Positions 10,147 through 20,902 of a stretch of 64,000 bases of DNA are shown here, in pieces. The position numbers were made by a program, and so were the translations under genes. The notes beneath the pieces are model-generated. The model ran no database searches, was not told where the DNA came from, and saw nothing but the letters and a program-made list of their open reading frames with translations. How positions within the stretch are numbered: position 1 is the first letter of the stretch; each line of letters opens with the position of its first letter. The stretch comes from Desulfomonilia bacterium (lineage in GTDB: Bacteria; Desulfobacterota; Desulfomonilia; UBA1062), in assembly GCA_963664325.2 (NCBI GenBank), contig CAXXDQ010000002.1, positions 64,001 through 128,000 on the forward strand, written 5' to 3'.

Positions 10147-11700
10147 ATGGATCTCAAACTTTTTAAAAGACAGCAATCAACCGAAAACACCCGTAATACT
10201 TTTGTAAACAGTGCAAAAGTAACTGGCCTTATATTCTGGGTTATCCTGTTTATTTTAGGTATATTTATTTATCCGGGAACGAAAATAGTTTATACGGCTT
10301 TCTCGATTGCTTTCGGTTTAATGATTATAAGTGGATTCTATAAACAAATCAGTTACAGCTATCTTTTCATGGTTGTTTTCTTATGGTTGGGGTTTTGGTT
10401 GAAATTTACTGTCCATCTCATATTTAATTATCCATTCGTTGAAGCAATAGGCAATTTTTATGGGCATGGTTTATCATGGAATATTGTGAAGTATATTAAA
10501 CCAGTATCATATTTGAAAGAGAATTGTCTTGGATTTGACAAAACATTAATTATAGCTTCAATTGCATCAATTGGAGTAACAATCTGCCGAATTTTGTATG
10601 ATTTTTATTATTCGATGGTAACCCCACAGAATCAATTTGATGTGCAAAAAATACCATCGTGTTATCGTACCAACAGAAAAACAATTTGGAGCATTCTATT
10701 TATTCTTATTGCTGCCATAAATGTTATAAATATTGTTTACAGTATTCAACAGGCCGGATTGGTTCCAGGAAAAATCCTGGCATGGCCGCTGAATTCATTA
10801 ATAGCCTGGACTGTAAGCATTGGCTCTGCCATGGGGGTAGTCACATTTCTCTGGTGGGATATATCCTTGAAACGAAATATTTCCTTAACAGTCTACACTG
10901 TATTTATTGAAGCTTTTTTTTCTACGATCTCTTTATTGAGCCGTGCTGTTTACATCTTTCATGTAATCCCGGTGATGTTTTCTCTTTATAAAAATAGAAG
11001 GATCTCATCTGGGATTTCTTTAGGTAAAGCAATCATAATGACTGTTATTTTTATCTGTCTATTTGTTCTTTCCCTCTCTTGTGTGACTGAATTACGAGAA
11101 AAATATTATTCAGAAGCAATGAGTACCTCAATTTATGAAGATAAGAATATCTATGAAATAAACTTTTTTATTAACAGAGGATACCATGTCGGATTCCTTA
11201 TAAAATTAATATCCGATTTGGCAATTGATCGCTGGATAGGGATTGAAGGCCTCATGGCGGTACAATCCTATCCCGAAAGGGGAAAAAATAAAATTATAGA
11301 AGCCCTTCTCGAGAAGCGGAAAATAGGAAAAATAACTTTGTATCAGAAAGTATGCAATTCGCATTATCAATACATGGACAATAATAAAACTCAGTTTGCG
11401 AGTATTCCCGGTGCTGTAGCCTTTTTATTCTATAGCGATTCTCTCTGGGTTGTGATGTTTGGAATGATGATATTAACATCACTTATATTATTTGTGGAAG
11501 ACCTTGTTATGAGACTGACAGGTAATCCGATTCTCTGCTCGCTGATAGGGCTTTGCATGGCAAATACTGTAGCACAATTCGGCCTGACTCCAAGGCAGGA
11601 TATCCCCTACTATTTAATGATTTTAATTGCAATAACGGCTATCTGGCTGATTCAGTCCGGGTTATTTGAAAAAATCCTGAAGATCAGGAATATTAACTAG
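10147..11700 (+). CDS. Polytopic membrane protein, probable O-antigen polymerase (Wzy-like)
   Basis: About 10-12 hydrophobic segments, LSRA motif, AT-rich, located between wzx and a GT; function inferred from context. Confidence 0.5.
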   Translation: MDLKLFKRQQSTENTRNTFVNSAKVTGLIFWVILFILGIFIYPGTKIVYTAFSIAFGLMIISGFYKQISYSYLFMVVFLWLGFWLKFTVHLIFNYPFVEAIGNFYGHGLSWNIVKYIKPVSYLKENCLGFDKTLIIASIASIGVTICRILYDFYYSMVTPQNQFDVQKIPSCYRTNRKTIWSILFILIAAINVINIVYSIQQAGLVPGKILAWPLNSLIAWTVSIGSAMGVVTFLWWDISLKRNISLTVYTVFIEAFFSTISLLSRAVYIFHVIPVMFSLYKNRRISSGISLGKAIIMTVIFICLFVLSLSCVTELREKYYSEAMSTSIYEDKNIYEINFFINRGYHVGFLIKLISDLAIDRWIGIEGLMAVQSYPERGKNKIIEALLEKRKIGKITLYQKVCNSHYQYMDNNKTQFASIPGAVAFLFYSDSLWVVMFGMMILTSLILFVEDLVMRLTGNPILCSLIGLCMANTVAQFGLTPRQDIPYYLMILIAITAIWLIQSGLFEKILKIRNIN

Positions 11701-11711
11701 GAAAGACAATA

Positions 11712-12776
11712 ATGAATAAATCACCATCGAGACTTATTTTAAATGCAATGAATGTTCATGTAGGAGGCGGGAGGTCCTTATTGCTTGCATTGTTGAATTC
11801 GATACCCAAAAGAATAAAGATTTTGGCTATACTGGATTCACGAATGGACTTGCCAGGATATATATCAGACAATATCAGCATAATTCGTACCAAACCAACT
11901 ATTTTTCATCGCCTGATTGCCGAGAGACGGCTGTCACTGAATGTCAGATCCGATGATAAGGTTTTTTGTTTCGGAAATCTGCCTCCGCTGTTTAAACTTG
12001 AAGGATATGTTATTGTTTTTTTACAAAACAGATATCTTATTGATAAAGTGGCGCTAACCGGGTTTCCTATAAAAACATTTTTAAGGCTTAAAATGGAGCG
12101 CTTATGGCTGCATTTTAAATATAAAAATGCTGATGAATTCATAGTGCAGACTCCTTCAATGAAGGAACAGCTTGAAAATTTTATTGAAAAAATTAGCCCT
12201 GTAAAGGTAATGCCGTTTAGTCTAAGCAGCATTGGATATTCCCGGGATATTAATAATAGTACAGCGGAAAGAAAAGCGCCTGTGTATGATTTTGCCTACA
12301 TAGCTTCGGGTGAACCACATAAAAATCATGAGAAATTGCTGGATGCCTGGTGCCTGCTGGCAAAAGATGGATTGTTCCCATCCTTATGTTTGACAGTGGA
12401 CAAGTCAACCTGGCCCGAATTATTTCATATGATCGAATATAGGAAAAAGAAGCACGGACTTAGCCTGAACAATATGGGTTTGTTATCACATGAGGAAGTG
12501 AACCATCTTTATGCAAAAGTTGGGGCATTGATTTATCCTTCCACCTTCGAATCATTCGGAATCCCTATGGTTGAAGCAAGACAGGCAGGACTGCCGGTCT
12601 TGGCTGCAGAGCTTGATTATGTGAGGGATGTACTCGATCCCGAGCAGACGTTTAATCCAAATTCTGCGTTATCCATTGCCAGGGCTGTAAAAAGATTTTT
12701 AGGACAGAATGAACAGCCCTTGCAATTGCTTGATGCAGAGAGCTTTATGAAATATATCACGGAAAAGCTTGATTAA
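11712..12776 (+). CDS. Glycosyltransferase family 4
   Basis: HKNH and YPSTFESFGIPMVEA motifs. Confidence 0.85.
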   Translation: MNKSPSRLILNAMNVHVGGGRSLLLALLNSIPKRIKILAILDSRMDLPGYISDNISIIRTKPTIFHRLIAERRLSLNVRSDDKVFCFGNLPPLFKLEGYVIVFLQNRYLIDKVALTGFPIKTFLRLKMERLWLHFKYKNADEFIVQTPSMKEQLENFIEKISPVKVMPFSLSSIGYSRDINNSTAERKAPVYDFAYIASGEPHKNHEKLLDAWCLLAKDGLFPSLCLTVDKSTWPELFHMIEYRKKKHGLSLNNMGLLSHEEVNHLYAKVGALIYPSTFESFGIPMVEARQAGLPVLAAELDYVRDVLDPEQTFNPNSALSIARAVKRFLGQNEQPLQLLDAESFMKYITEKLD

Positions 12777-12844
12777 CTCTATGATGACAATATACATCAT
12801 TTGTTGTGAATATTACGAAAAATCAAAATATCAAGAGGACAAAA

Positions 12845-13873
12845 ATGTTTGCTGGTAAAAACCTACTGATAACAGGTGGCACCGGATCTTTTGGCAATGC
12901 CGTGCTTCAGCGTTTTCTGCATACGGATATACGGGAAATCCGCGTTTTCAGCCGTGACGAAAAAAAGCAGGAAGATATGCGGATTGAACTGGGTAATGAC
13001 AAAGTGAAATTTTACATTGGGGACGTCCGTTCATATGAAAGTATTAAATCGGCTTTGGACGGAGTGGATTTTATTTTCCATGCAGCAGCATTGAAACAGG
13101 TTCCCTCCTGTGAATTTTATCCCATGGAAGCTGTGAGGACAAATATCCTCGGAACTGAGAATGTACTGAATGCAGCATTAGCCTCGGGAGTGAAAAAGGT
13201 TATATGTTTAAGTACAGACAAGGCGGTTTACCCTATAAATGCCATGGGGATATCAAAGGCAATGATGGAAAAGCTTATGGTTGCAAAAGCCAGGATTACA
13301 GATGAAAACAAAACAATTTTTTCAGGGACACGCTATGGGAATGTCATGGTCTCACGCGGTTCTGTTATCCCGCTTTTTGTCAAGCAGATCAGAGAAGGAA
13401 AACCCCTTACGGTTACCGATCCGAACATGACCCGTTTCCTGATGTCTCTGGACGACGCCCTAGATCTTGTGCTCTATGCCTTCAGCAATGCGAAGCAGGG
13501 TGACATATTCGTGCAGAAGGCCCCGGCCTCTACTATATTGGATTTGGCACTGGCGGTAAGGGAATTGTTCAAGGCGGATAATGAAATAAGAACTATTGGA
13601 ACAAGGCATGGTGAAAAATTGTATGAGACCCTTTTAACCCGTGAAGAACTGGTTAAAGCTGAAGATCTGGGGGGGTATTACAGGATCATCCCGGACGACC
13701 GTGATCTGAACTACGGCAAATATTTTACAGAAGGCGAAGAGCAGATATCCCATGTAGAAGATTACAATTCACACAATACAAAACGTTTAACAGTACCCGA
13801 AATAAAGGAAAAGCTAAAGAATCTTGATTATATCAGGCAGGAATTGTGCGGAGGTGTAGGTTGCGTTTATTGA
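12845..13873 (+). CDS. fnlA: UDP-GlcNAc 4,6-dehydratase/5-epimerase (FnlA/CapE/WbjB)
   Basis: TGGTGSFGN, SRDEKKQEDMR, KQVPSCEFYP, STDKAVYPINAMGISK, GTRHGEKLYE and DYNSHNT motifs; ATG 12845 with AGAGGA RBS. Confidence 0.9.
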   Translation: MFAGKNLLITGGTGSFGNAVLQRFLHTDIREIRVFSRDEKKQEDMRIELGNDKVKFYIGDVRSYESIKSALDGVDFIFHAAALKQVPSCEFYPMEAVRTNILGTENVLNAALASGVKKVICLSTDKAVYPINAMGISKAMMEKLMVAKARITDENKTIFSGTRYGNVMVSRGSVIPLFVKQIREGKPLTVTDPNMTRFLMSLDDALDLVLYAFSNAKQGDIFVQKAPASTILDLALAVRELFKADNEIRTIGTRHGEKLYETLLTREELVKAEDLGGYYRIIPDDRDLNYGKYFTEGEEQISHVEDYNSHNTKRLTVPEIKEKLKNLDYIRQELCGGVGCVY

Positions 13874-14733
13874 TTCTGGGCGGATCAGGCATGCTTGGCC
13901 ATAAGCTTTTCAGGCATCTGTCACTGCTGTTTCCTGAAACGTATACAACATTACGGCAAGGCCGAAACAATTTTGAAGCAGGAGAGCTGTTTAAAAACAA
14001 CAGGGTTATAGATTTTGTTGATGTAACAGATTTTTCAATGCTTACAGGCATAATGAAGTGTGTGGGACCTGACTTTATCCTTAATTGCATCGGTATAACA
14101 AAGCGGCGCAAGGAAGCGGATGAATCAATTCAAGCCATATTGATAAACTCTTTATTCCCTCATAGACTGTCCGAATGGGCTCGCGGCAACCATGCTAAAG
14201 TGGTCAATTTCAGTACGGACTGCGTATTTGACGGTCATGCCGGGAATTATGATGAAACCAGCCCAACGAATGCTGTAGATATATACGGCAAGACAAAGGC
14301 TTTAGGTGAAGTTAAAAACGGGCATGCTCTTACCCTCAGGTCCTCTTTTATAGGCACTGAACTGGGCTCCGGCACGGAACTCCTGGAATGGTTCCTGTCG
14401 CAGAGGGGAACCGTATACGGTTTCAGGAATGCCATTTACACCGGATTAACAACATTTGAATTATGCAGGGTGATTGAAAACATTCTGATCAAACATGCTG
14501 GTGCAAGCGGGCTCTACAATGTTTCAAGCGAACCGATCAGCAAGTATGATCTCCTGATGTTGATCAAGAAAAAAATGGACCTCGATATCGAAGTCGTCCC
14601 CGATGATGCCGTGAGATGCGACCGCAGCCTGAACTCAACAAGATTCCGCAGGGAATTTAACTACACACCGCCATCCTGGGAGGCAATGGTTGAAGAGTTG
14701 AGCAAAGATATAAGGGATAATGCGACTGCATGA
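13861..14733 (+). CDS. RmlD-like SDR reductase (QnlA/WbvR-type by context)
   Basis: GGSGMLG, NCIG, STDCVFDG and YGKTKALGE motifs; TTG start behind GGAGGT. Confidence 0.8.
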   Translation: MRLLILGGSGMLGHKLFRHLSLLFPETYTTLRQGRNNFEAGELFKNNRVIDFVDVTDFSMLTGIMKCVGPDFILNCIGITKRRKEADESIQAILINSLFPHRLSEWARGNHAKVVNFSTDCVFDGHAGNYDETSPTNAVDIYGKTKALGEVKNGHALTLRSSFIGTELGSGTELLEWFLSQRGTVYGFRNAIYTGLTTFELCRVIENILIKHAGASGLYNVSSEPISKYDLLMLIKKKMDLDIEVVPDDAVRCDRSLNSTRFRREFNYTPPSWEAMVEELSKDIRDNATA

Positions 14734-14758
14734 TAAAAATCATTGAGGAGATTAAAGT

Positions 14759-15892
14759 ATGCCTTTAAAAGTTATGACAATAGTCGGCACGAGGCCGGAG
14801 ATAATAAAACTGAGCAGGGTTATGAGCGAGCTTGAGATGCACGTGAATCATGTGCTTGTGCACACCGGGCAGAATTACGACTATGAACTGAATGAAATAT
14901 TTTTCAAAGAGATGGAGATCAGAAAACCGGATTTTTTTCTGAATTCAGTCGGAGAGACCCTTGCACAGACCATCGGCAACATAATAGCCAAATCGGATGA
15001 GGTGATGGAAAAAGAGAATCCGGATGCCGTTTTACTTTATGGGGATACCAACAGCTGTTTATCAGTAATACCTGCGAAAAGACGCAAAATACCAGTTTTC
15101 CATATGGAGGCAGGTAACCGATCATTTGATCAGAGGGTCCCGGAGGAGCTCAACCGCAAAGTAGTCGACCATTTAAGTGATATCAACATGACGCTGACAG
15201 AACATGCCCGCAGATATCTTATCAGTGAAGGATTAAGACCGGAAACAGTTATTAAAACAGGTTCTCCGATGAAAGAGGTTTTAGAATACTATATGCCTGT
15301 AATTTCCAAATCCGGTGTTTTGAAAAGGCTTGAACTCAAAGAGGGAGTTTACCTTGTTTTAAGCACTCACAGGGAAGAGAATGTGGACAGTGAGGAGAAT
15401 TTCCGCAATATTCTTGATTCCATAAACGCACTTGCAAAGAAATATGACATGCCTGTGATAGTTTCCACCCACCCGCGCACAAGAAAAAGGCTTGAACAGC
15501 TTGATGTGTCTCATCTTGATAAAAGGATAAGCTTCATGAAGCCGCTGGGATTTTTCGATTATGTCAAGCTGCAGCAAAATGCATTTTGTGTGATCTCAGA
15601 CAGCGGTACAATAACGGAAGAATCTGCAATTCTTGATTTCCCTGCAGTAACAATCAGGCAGGCGCATGAAAGACCGGAAGGTATGGATGAAGGGACTCTC
15701 ATCATGTGCGGCCTCAAAACACAGAGGGTTATGGAATCTGTGGATATTGTCACTAAGCAGTATTCAAGGGAAAAGCGTCAGTTCAGGCTCGTTCAGGACT
15801 ACAACACAGATAATGTCTCGAAGAAAGTCCTTCGGATTATTGTAAGCTATACGGATTATATTAAACGGACTGTGTGGAGAGAATCAGTTTGA
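14759..15892 (+). CDS. UDP-HexNAc 2-epimerase, non-hydrolysing (FnlC/QnlB/WbjD type)
   Basis: VGTRPEIIKLS, HTGQNYDYEL, HMEAGNR, SDSGTITEE and ERPEG motifs. Confidence 0.9.
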   Translation: MPLKVMTIVGTRPEIIKLSRVMSELEMHVNHVLVHTGQNYDYELNEIFFKEMEIRKPDFFLNSVGETLAQTIGNIIAKSDEVMEKENPDAVLLYGDTNSCLSVIPAKRRKIPVFHMEAGNRSFDQRVPEELNRKVVDHLSDINMTLTEHARRYLISEGLRPETVIKTGSPMKEVLEYYMPVISKSGVLKRLELKEGVYLVLSTHREENVDSEENFRNILDSINALAKKYDMPVIVSTHPRTRKRLEQLDVSHLDKRISFMKPLGFFDYVKLQQNAFCVISDSGTITEESAILDFPAVTIRQAHERPEGMDEGTLIMCGLKTQRVMESVDIVTKQYSREKRQFRLVQDYNTDNVSKKVLRIIVSYTDYIKRTVWRESV

Positions 15893-15946
15893 GACCTGCT
15901 TGATGTTACTGAATATATAACCAAGGCCGGATAGTCAGGGCAATAG

Positions 15947-17140
15947 ATGAAAGTCCTTATAGTTGTTGTCTATTATCTTCCAAGCACAGTGTCCTGCGCC
16001 AAGCTTATACATGACCTTGCAGGAGAAATGATAAACAATGGTCATGAAGTCTCAGTGGTCACAACAGATGAATCAATTACCGGCAGTGTAAATATCTCCA
16101 ATGAAAACAGGATGAAGATTGTAAGGGTTCAGGCTGGAAGGATAAAGTCAGCTTCAAGGCCGATCCGATTGCTGAATGAATGCATGCTCTCATTTACAAT
16201 ATGGCGTAAGGCAAGGAATTATTTTTTAAGAAACAGGTATGATCTGGTTATATACTACTCGCCTACAATATTTTTCGGGCCTCTTGTTAAAAAGCTCAAG
16301 CAGCTTTATTCATGCCCGTCTTATCTGATTTTAAGGGATATCTTCCCGCAGTGGGCATTGGATTCCGGTGTTTTAAGAAAGGGCCTTCTGTACAGCTTTT
16401 TTAAATGGATCGAAAGAATCAATTATGATGCAGCCGATCATATAGGATTGGAGTCGCCGGGAAACCTGAATTATTTTTTAAAGAATTTTCCGGACAAGAA
16501 GAACCAGCTTGAGCTGCTGTATAACTGGACCTCGCTTGCCGAAGAAAAACTCCCTGCTACAGACTTCCGCATACGGCTTGGTCTTGAAGGGAAAGTGGTG
16601 TTTTTTTACGGAGGCAATATAGGGGTGGCCCAGGATATGGACAATATAATCAGGCTGGCCATCGGGATGAAGAATGAACCGGACGCATACTTCCTGCTGG
16701 TCGGAGATGGCAGTGAAGTGAGCCGCCTTGTATCGATAATAAAAAAGGAAGGATTATCCAATATCTCCATTCACCCGTCGGTAAACCAGCAGATATATCT
16801 TTCCATGCTGGATGAATTCGATGTAGGGCTTATTACGCTGGACCGCAACCTCAAGACATTTAACTTTCCGGGGAAAATGCTTGGTTACATGTTTCACCTG
16901 ATGCCGATACTGGCCAGCATCAATGAAGGCAATGATTTGAAGGCGGTTCTGGACGAGCATGAGGCCGGGCTTGTATCAGTTAATGGAAATGATGAGGATT
17001 TATATAATAATGCAATGAAGCTCCTCAGGGACAAATTCCTGCGGGAAAGGACCGGCAGGAACGGGCGCAGGCTTTTGGAAGAGATGTTTTCCGTCGGTCA
17101 TGCGGCTGGACAGATCATGTCCCATTTTATTGGGAAATGA
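15947..17140 (+). CDS. Glycosyltransferase family 4, WbuB-like
   Basis: RDIFPQWA, YGGNIGVAQD and FPGKMLGYM motifs; follows the L-6-deoxy-HexNAc module. Confidence 0.8.
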   Translation: MKVLIVVVYYLPSTVSCAKLIHDLAGEMINNGHEVSVVTTDESITGSVNISNENRMKIVRVQAGRIKSASRPIRLLNECMLSFTIWRKARNYFLRNRYDLVIYYSPTIFFGPLVKKLKQLYSCPSYLILRDIFPQWALDSGVLRKGLLYSFFKWIERINYDAADHIGLESPGNLNYFLKNFPDKKNQLELLYNWTSLAEEKLPATDFRIRLGLEGKVVFFYGGNIGVAQDMDNIIRLAIGMKNEPDAYFLLVGDGSEVSRLVSIIKKEGLSNISIHPSVNQQIYLSMLDEFDVGLITLDRNLKTFNFPGKMLGYMFHLMPILASINEGNDLKAVLDEHEAGLVSVNGNDEDLYNNAMKLLRDKFLRERTGRNGRRLLEEMFSVGHAAGQIMSHFIGK

Positions 17141-18144
17141 TTAATAACCATCTTAAAATTCTTGTCACCGGAGCAACCGGTGCTGTCGGTCCGGTCGTAG
17201 TGAATGAATTGCTGAATGCAGGGCACAGGATACGCACATTGTCGCTGGATTATGCTCCTGATGGAACATGGCCTGAAGGAGTTGAACAGATTGCGGGAGA
17301 CATAACAGATCAATCAACAGTTCTTGCTGCAATGAAAGATATGGATGCAGTGGTTCATCTTGCAGCCCTGCTTCACATTGTCAATCCCCCGGAAGCCCTT
17401 AAAGAGCTCTATGAGAAAGTTAATATAGGCGGTACGATTAATGTAGCAAAGGCGGGAATTGCCTGCGAAACTAAACGCATTGTCCTTTTCAGTACAATAG
17501 CAGTTTACGGAAGTTCGAACGGGACTTTGTTGACTGAGAATTCTCCTGTGAATCCCGATACATTTTATGCCCGGACCAAACTGGCTGCCGAAAGGATCAT
17601 ATTTGAGGCAAAGAATAAAGATGGAGGCCACATTGGAACGGTTTTAAGGCTGGGAGCTGTTTATGGTCCGAGAATAAAAGGCAATTATCACAGACTGGTC
17701 AAGGCATTAGCTAAAAATATTTTTCTGAATGTTGGAAATGGCGAAAATAGAAGGACAGTTGTTTATGATAAAGATGCCGCCAGAGCTGCCGCTATTGTTT
17801 TGGAACATCCCAGAGCTGCTGGAAAAGTGTATAATATTTCAGACGGCATTCCTCATAATATGAACGAGATAATCTCTGCCATCTGCCTTGCAATGGGAAA
17901 ATCGAGACCGGGATTTGCATTACCTGTGAACCCGGTACGGTTTCTGGCGGGTTTAATGGAGGACATATCAGGAAAGCTCGGCTTTAATTCGCCTATAAAC
18001 AGGGCCACTGTTGATAAATATGTTGAAGACATTGCTGTTGACAGTACCCTAATACAATCTGAGCTGGGGTTCAGGCCAGAATATGGGTTGTTTGAAGGAT
18101 GGAAGGAAACGGTAGAGGCAATGAAAACAAACGGAGAATTGTAG
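17137..18144 (+). CDS. NAD-dependent epimerase/4-reductase (WbpV/WbpK-like)
   Basis: TGATGAVG, HLAA, YARTKLAAE and VYGPRIKGN motifs. Confidence 0.8.
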   Translation: MINNHLKILVTGATGAVGPVVVNELLNAGHRIRTLSLDYAPDGTWPEGVEQIAGDITDQSTVLAAMKDMDAVVHLAALLHIVNPPEALKELYEKVNIGGTINVAKAGIACETKRIVLFSTIAVYGSSNGTLLTENSPVNPDTFYARTKLAAERIIFEAKNKDGGHIGTVLRLGAVYGPRIKGNYHRLVKALAKNIFLNVGNGENRRTVVYDKDAARAAAIVLEHPRAAGKVYNISDGIPHNMNEIISAICLAMGKSRPGFALPVNPVRFLAGLMEDISGKLGFNSPINRATVDKYVEDIAVDSTLIQSELGFRPEYGLFEGWKETVEAMKTNGEL

Positions 18145-18148
18145 TTTT

Positions 18149-18709
18149 ATGAAGCGTCTGTTTGATATTTTCTTATCTGCCTCAGCATTGACTGTCTTGC
18201 TGGTCCCGCTTGCTGCGATCGCCTTTATGGTTAAACTGACTTCAAAGGGGCCTGTTCTATACTGGTCGGACAGAGTGGGAATTAACAATTCAATTTTTAA
18301 AATGCCAAAGTTCAGGACAATGAAGATTGATACACCCGTGGTCGCAACACATCTCCTTGACAATCCGGATACTTATCTTACAAACATCGGATCCTTTTTA
18401 AGGAAAACCAGTCTGGATGAATTGCCGCAACTGATTAGTGTATTGAAAGGTGATATGAGTTTTGTCGGGCCAAGACCGGCACTGTACAATCAGGACGATT
18501 TAATTGAGCAAAGAACAGGAAAAGGAGTCCACAGGCTTATTCCCGGCATAACCGGTTGGGCCCAGATTAACGGAAGAGACGATATCCCGATTCCTAAAAA
18601 AGTTGAACTAGACGAATATTACCTGAAAAATTTCTCTTTCATGCTGGATATTAAGATTTTGATTTATACTTTTTTCAAGGTTTTGAAAAAGGACGGAGTT
18701 TCACACTGA
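18149..18709 (+). CDS. Initiating phosphoglycosyltransferase (Bac_transf family)
   Basis: MKRLFD, KFRTM, RKTSLDELPQL, MSFVGPRP and PGITGWAQINGR motifs. Confidence 0.92.
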   Translation: MKRLFDIFLSASALTVLLVPLAAIAFMVKLTSKGPVLYWSDRVGINNSIFKMPKFRTMKIDTPVVATHLLDNPDTYLTNIGSFLRKTSLDELPQLISVLKGDMSFVGPRPALYNQDDLIEQRTGKGVHRLIPGITGWAQINGRDDIPIPKKVELDEYYLKNFSFMLDIKILIYTFFKVLKKDGVSH

Positions 18710-18752
18710 GATATAGAATCAGTCCCTGGCACAATGATTCAACAGGAATGAA

Positions 18753-20105
18753 ATGCTTAAACGAATAGAAGAAATCAACGATAACTGGCTGCTGCTGGTT
18801 CTGCTTATTCTTTCAGTCATAAGTCTGATCCCGCCCTGGATTCATTATGACATTATATCTGAAGATGGGGCATTTCATTACATACCGGTTGCCAAAATGT
18901 ATCTTGAAGGTGATTTCTTCAGAGCCTTATCGCTGGAGATGCCTGTTTATCCGGTATTGCTTGCGGCGATATCATTATTTACTGGTTCAGACTTTGAACT
19001 TGCTGGCAGATTGCTCTCGGCCGTTTTCTATATAATGTCGGCCATTGGCTTGTTCAAACTTTCCCAAAGTGTTTTTAATTCAAATGCTGTGGCTTTTGTT
19101 TCCGGTATCTTCATGATAACGAACAGAGATTTAATGGATTTAGGCGTTGACTGTCTCAAGGATACATTTGTTTTATGCCTAATTATTTGGGCAACATATT
19201 TTATGACATATTGGTCATTGGTAAAAAGAAAACATGTGTTTTTTATTTTAAGTATATTTCTTTACCTGATTGGAACCTCAGTTAGAAGTACTGCAGTGAT
19301 TTTTTTGATATCCCTGTTTTTAATCTGGGTAATCTCAATTAGAAATTGGAGATCGCGTTTAGCTCTCATTCTTTTACTGATTACTGGCCTTGCGGGGGCA
19401 TACTGTTTCAAAGGGTTGATTGCTCAATATGGAAATTTGCGCAGTTTTAATCTTGACCTGTTAAAAATTAACTCAAACATTTTCATGCAGGTTTTGAGAT
19501 ATTTTGAATGCTATTTCACTGCTAGCAATCCGATGGCCGTGATCATTGCAGGTTATGGAATGATTTTATTATTCAGAAGGAATATTTATACTAAACTGGT
19601 TACAGCAGTATTTTTTGTTTCACTTCTGTTCTTTGGAATGAGGGATTACATTTCGGACAGATATATGATGCCGATGATAATAATGCTTTATCCTGTTTCT
19701 GCATATTTTATAATAAAGTGGTTTTCTTCCGGGAAAAAAATTGTCCAGTTTATTGGAATTTTGGCAATCGTCTACAGCATCGCGCAATGGGTGGACCTGT
19801 CTTTTACCAGACCTGAACCCAGAAGGCTTGCGATAAGGTATGCCGGGCAATGGATATATGAAAATTATGGATCTGATCTGAAGATTTCCACAAATCAGGC
19901 CCGCGTGATTTTTTATGCAAGGAATAATTTTAAAATTGAAGACAGGCCGAAATTTGGAAATATCGATTTATCAAGTCCGGCAGATATTATTGCAGTAGAT
20001 ATCTCAAAAGATGACGGGGCTGATATTAAAAAGAACATTGAAAAACGAGGAGGAAGCTTGCTGAATCAAGTTTATCCAATTTATATTTACAATCTTAAAA
20101 AATAA
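18753..20105 (+). CDS. GT-C fold membrane glycosyltransferase (ArnT/PMT-like)
   Basis: Acidic ED motif after the first TM (ISEDGAFHY), PVYP.LLA, GRLLS, DRY and many TM segments. Confidence 0.6.
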   Translation: MLKRIEEINDNWLLLVLLILSVISLIPPWIHYDIISEDGAFHYIPVAKMYLEGDFFRALSLEMPVYPVLLAAISLFTGSDFELAGRLLSAVFYIMSAIGLFKLSQSVFNSNAVAFVSGIFMITNRDLMDLGVDCLKDTFVLCLIIWATYFMTYWSLVKRKHVFFILSIFLYLIGTSVRSTAVIFLISLFLIWVISIRNWRSRLALILLLITGLAGAYCFKGLIAQYGNLRSFNLDLLKINSNIFMQVLRYFECYFTASNPMAVIIAGYGMILLFRRNIYTKLVTAVFFVSLLFFGMRDYISDRYMMPMIIMLYPVSAYFIIKWFSSGKKIVQFIGILAIVYSIAQWVDLSFTRPEPRRLAIRYAGQWIYENYGSDLKISTNQARVIFYARNNFKIEDRPKFGNIDLSSPADIIAVDISKDDGADIKKNIEKRGGSLLNQVYPIYIYNLKK

Positions 20106-20181
20106 CAAAATATGTCAACGTATCTACTAACTCGATATACCTGGAAGAATTGGTTATACTTATGTTGACTTCTAATTTTAA

Positions 20182-20640
20182 ATGATGATAAGTCCTCCGA
20201 TGGATGATTGTTCTTTGATGAAAATAGCCTTGGAAGAGGCTGAAATAGCTGCCAAAGAAAATGAGGTTCCGATTGGTGCAGTGCTCGTTTTAGGAACCCG
20301 GATTTATAGAGATCATAACAGAACGATCCAGAAATCAGACCCGACTGCCCATGCTGAGGTTGAAGTGATAAGGAAGTCTGCCAAGGTGTTGGGCAATTAT
20401 CGACTTACAGGATCTATACTTTATGTTACGATTGAACCATGTCTAATGTGTGTCGGGGCTATTGTACATGCGCGAATCGGCAAGCTTGTTTATGCTGCTT
20501 CCGACAAGAGATACGGAGCCGTGGAATCATTATTCCAGGCATTCGGGCTTGGACTCAATCACAAACCTGAAGTGCAGAGCGGAATTCTTGCCGATGAGAG
20601 TGCAAGCATTATCAGAAAATTTTTCCAGACTAAAAGGAAG

Positions 20641-20664
<24 letters not shown>
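20182..20664 (+). CDS. tadA: tRNA-specific adenosine(34) deaminase
   Basis: EVPIGAV, DPTAHAE and EPCLMC zinc motif; FF..KR C-terminus. Confidence 0.92.
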
Positions 20665-20734
<70 letters not shown>

Positions 20735-20809
20735 ATAAATAGAAAAATATTAGAATCGATTGAGATAAAACAATTTGGTTGAATAATCTGAGTTATTTGA
20801 GAATAATCC

Positions 20810-20902
20810 GGAGAGATGCCCGAGAGGCTGAAGGGGCGCGATTGGAAATCGCGTGTATCGCCAAAAGCGATACCGAGGGTTCGAATCCCTCTCTCTCCGC
20901 CA
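20810..20902 (+). tRNA. tRNA-Ser (anticodon GGA)
   Basis: GGAGAGA/TCTCTCC acceptor stem, CGCGA-TT-GGA-AA-TCGCG anticodon arm, long variable arm, T-loop and GCCA end. Confidence 0.96.
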
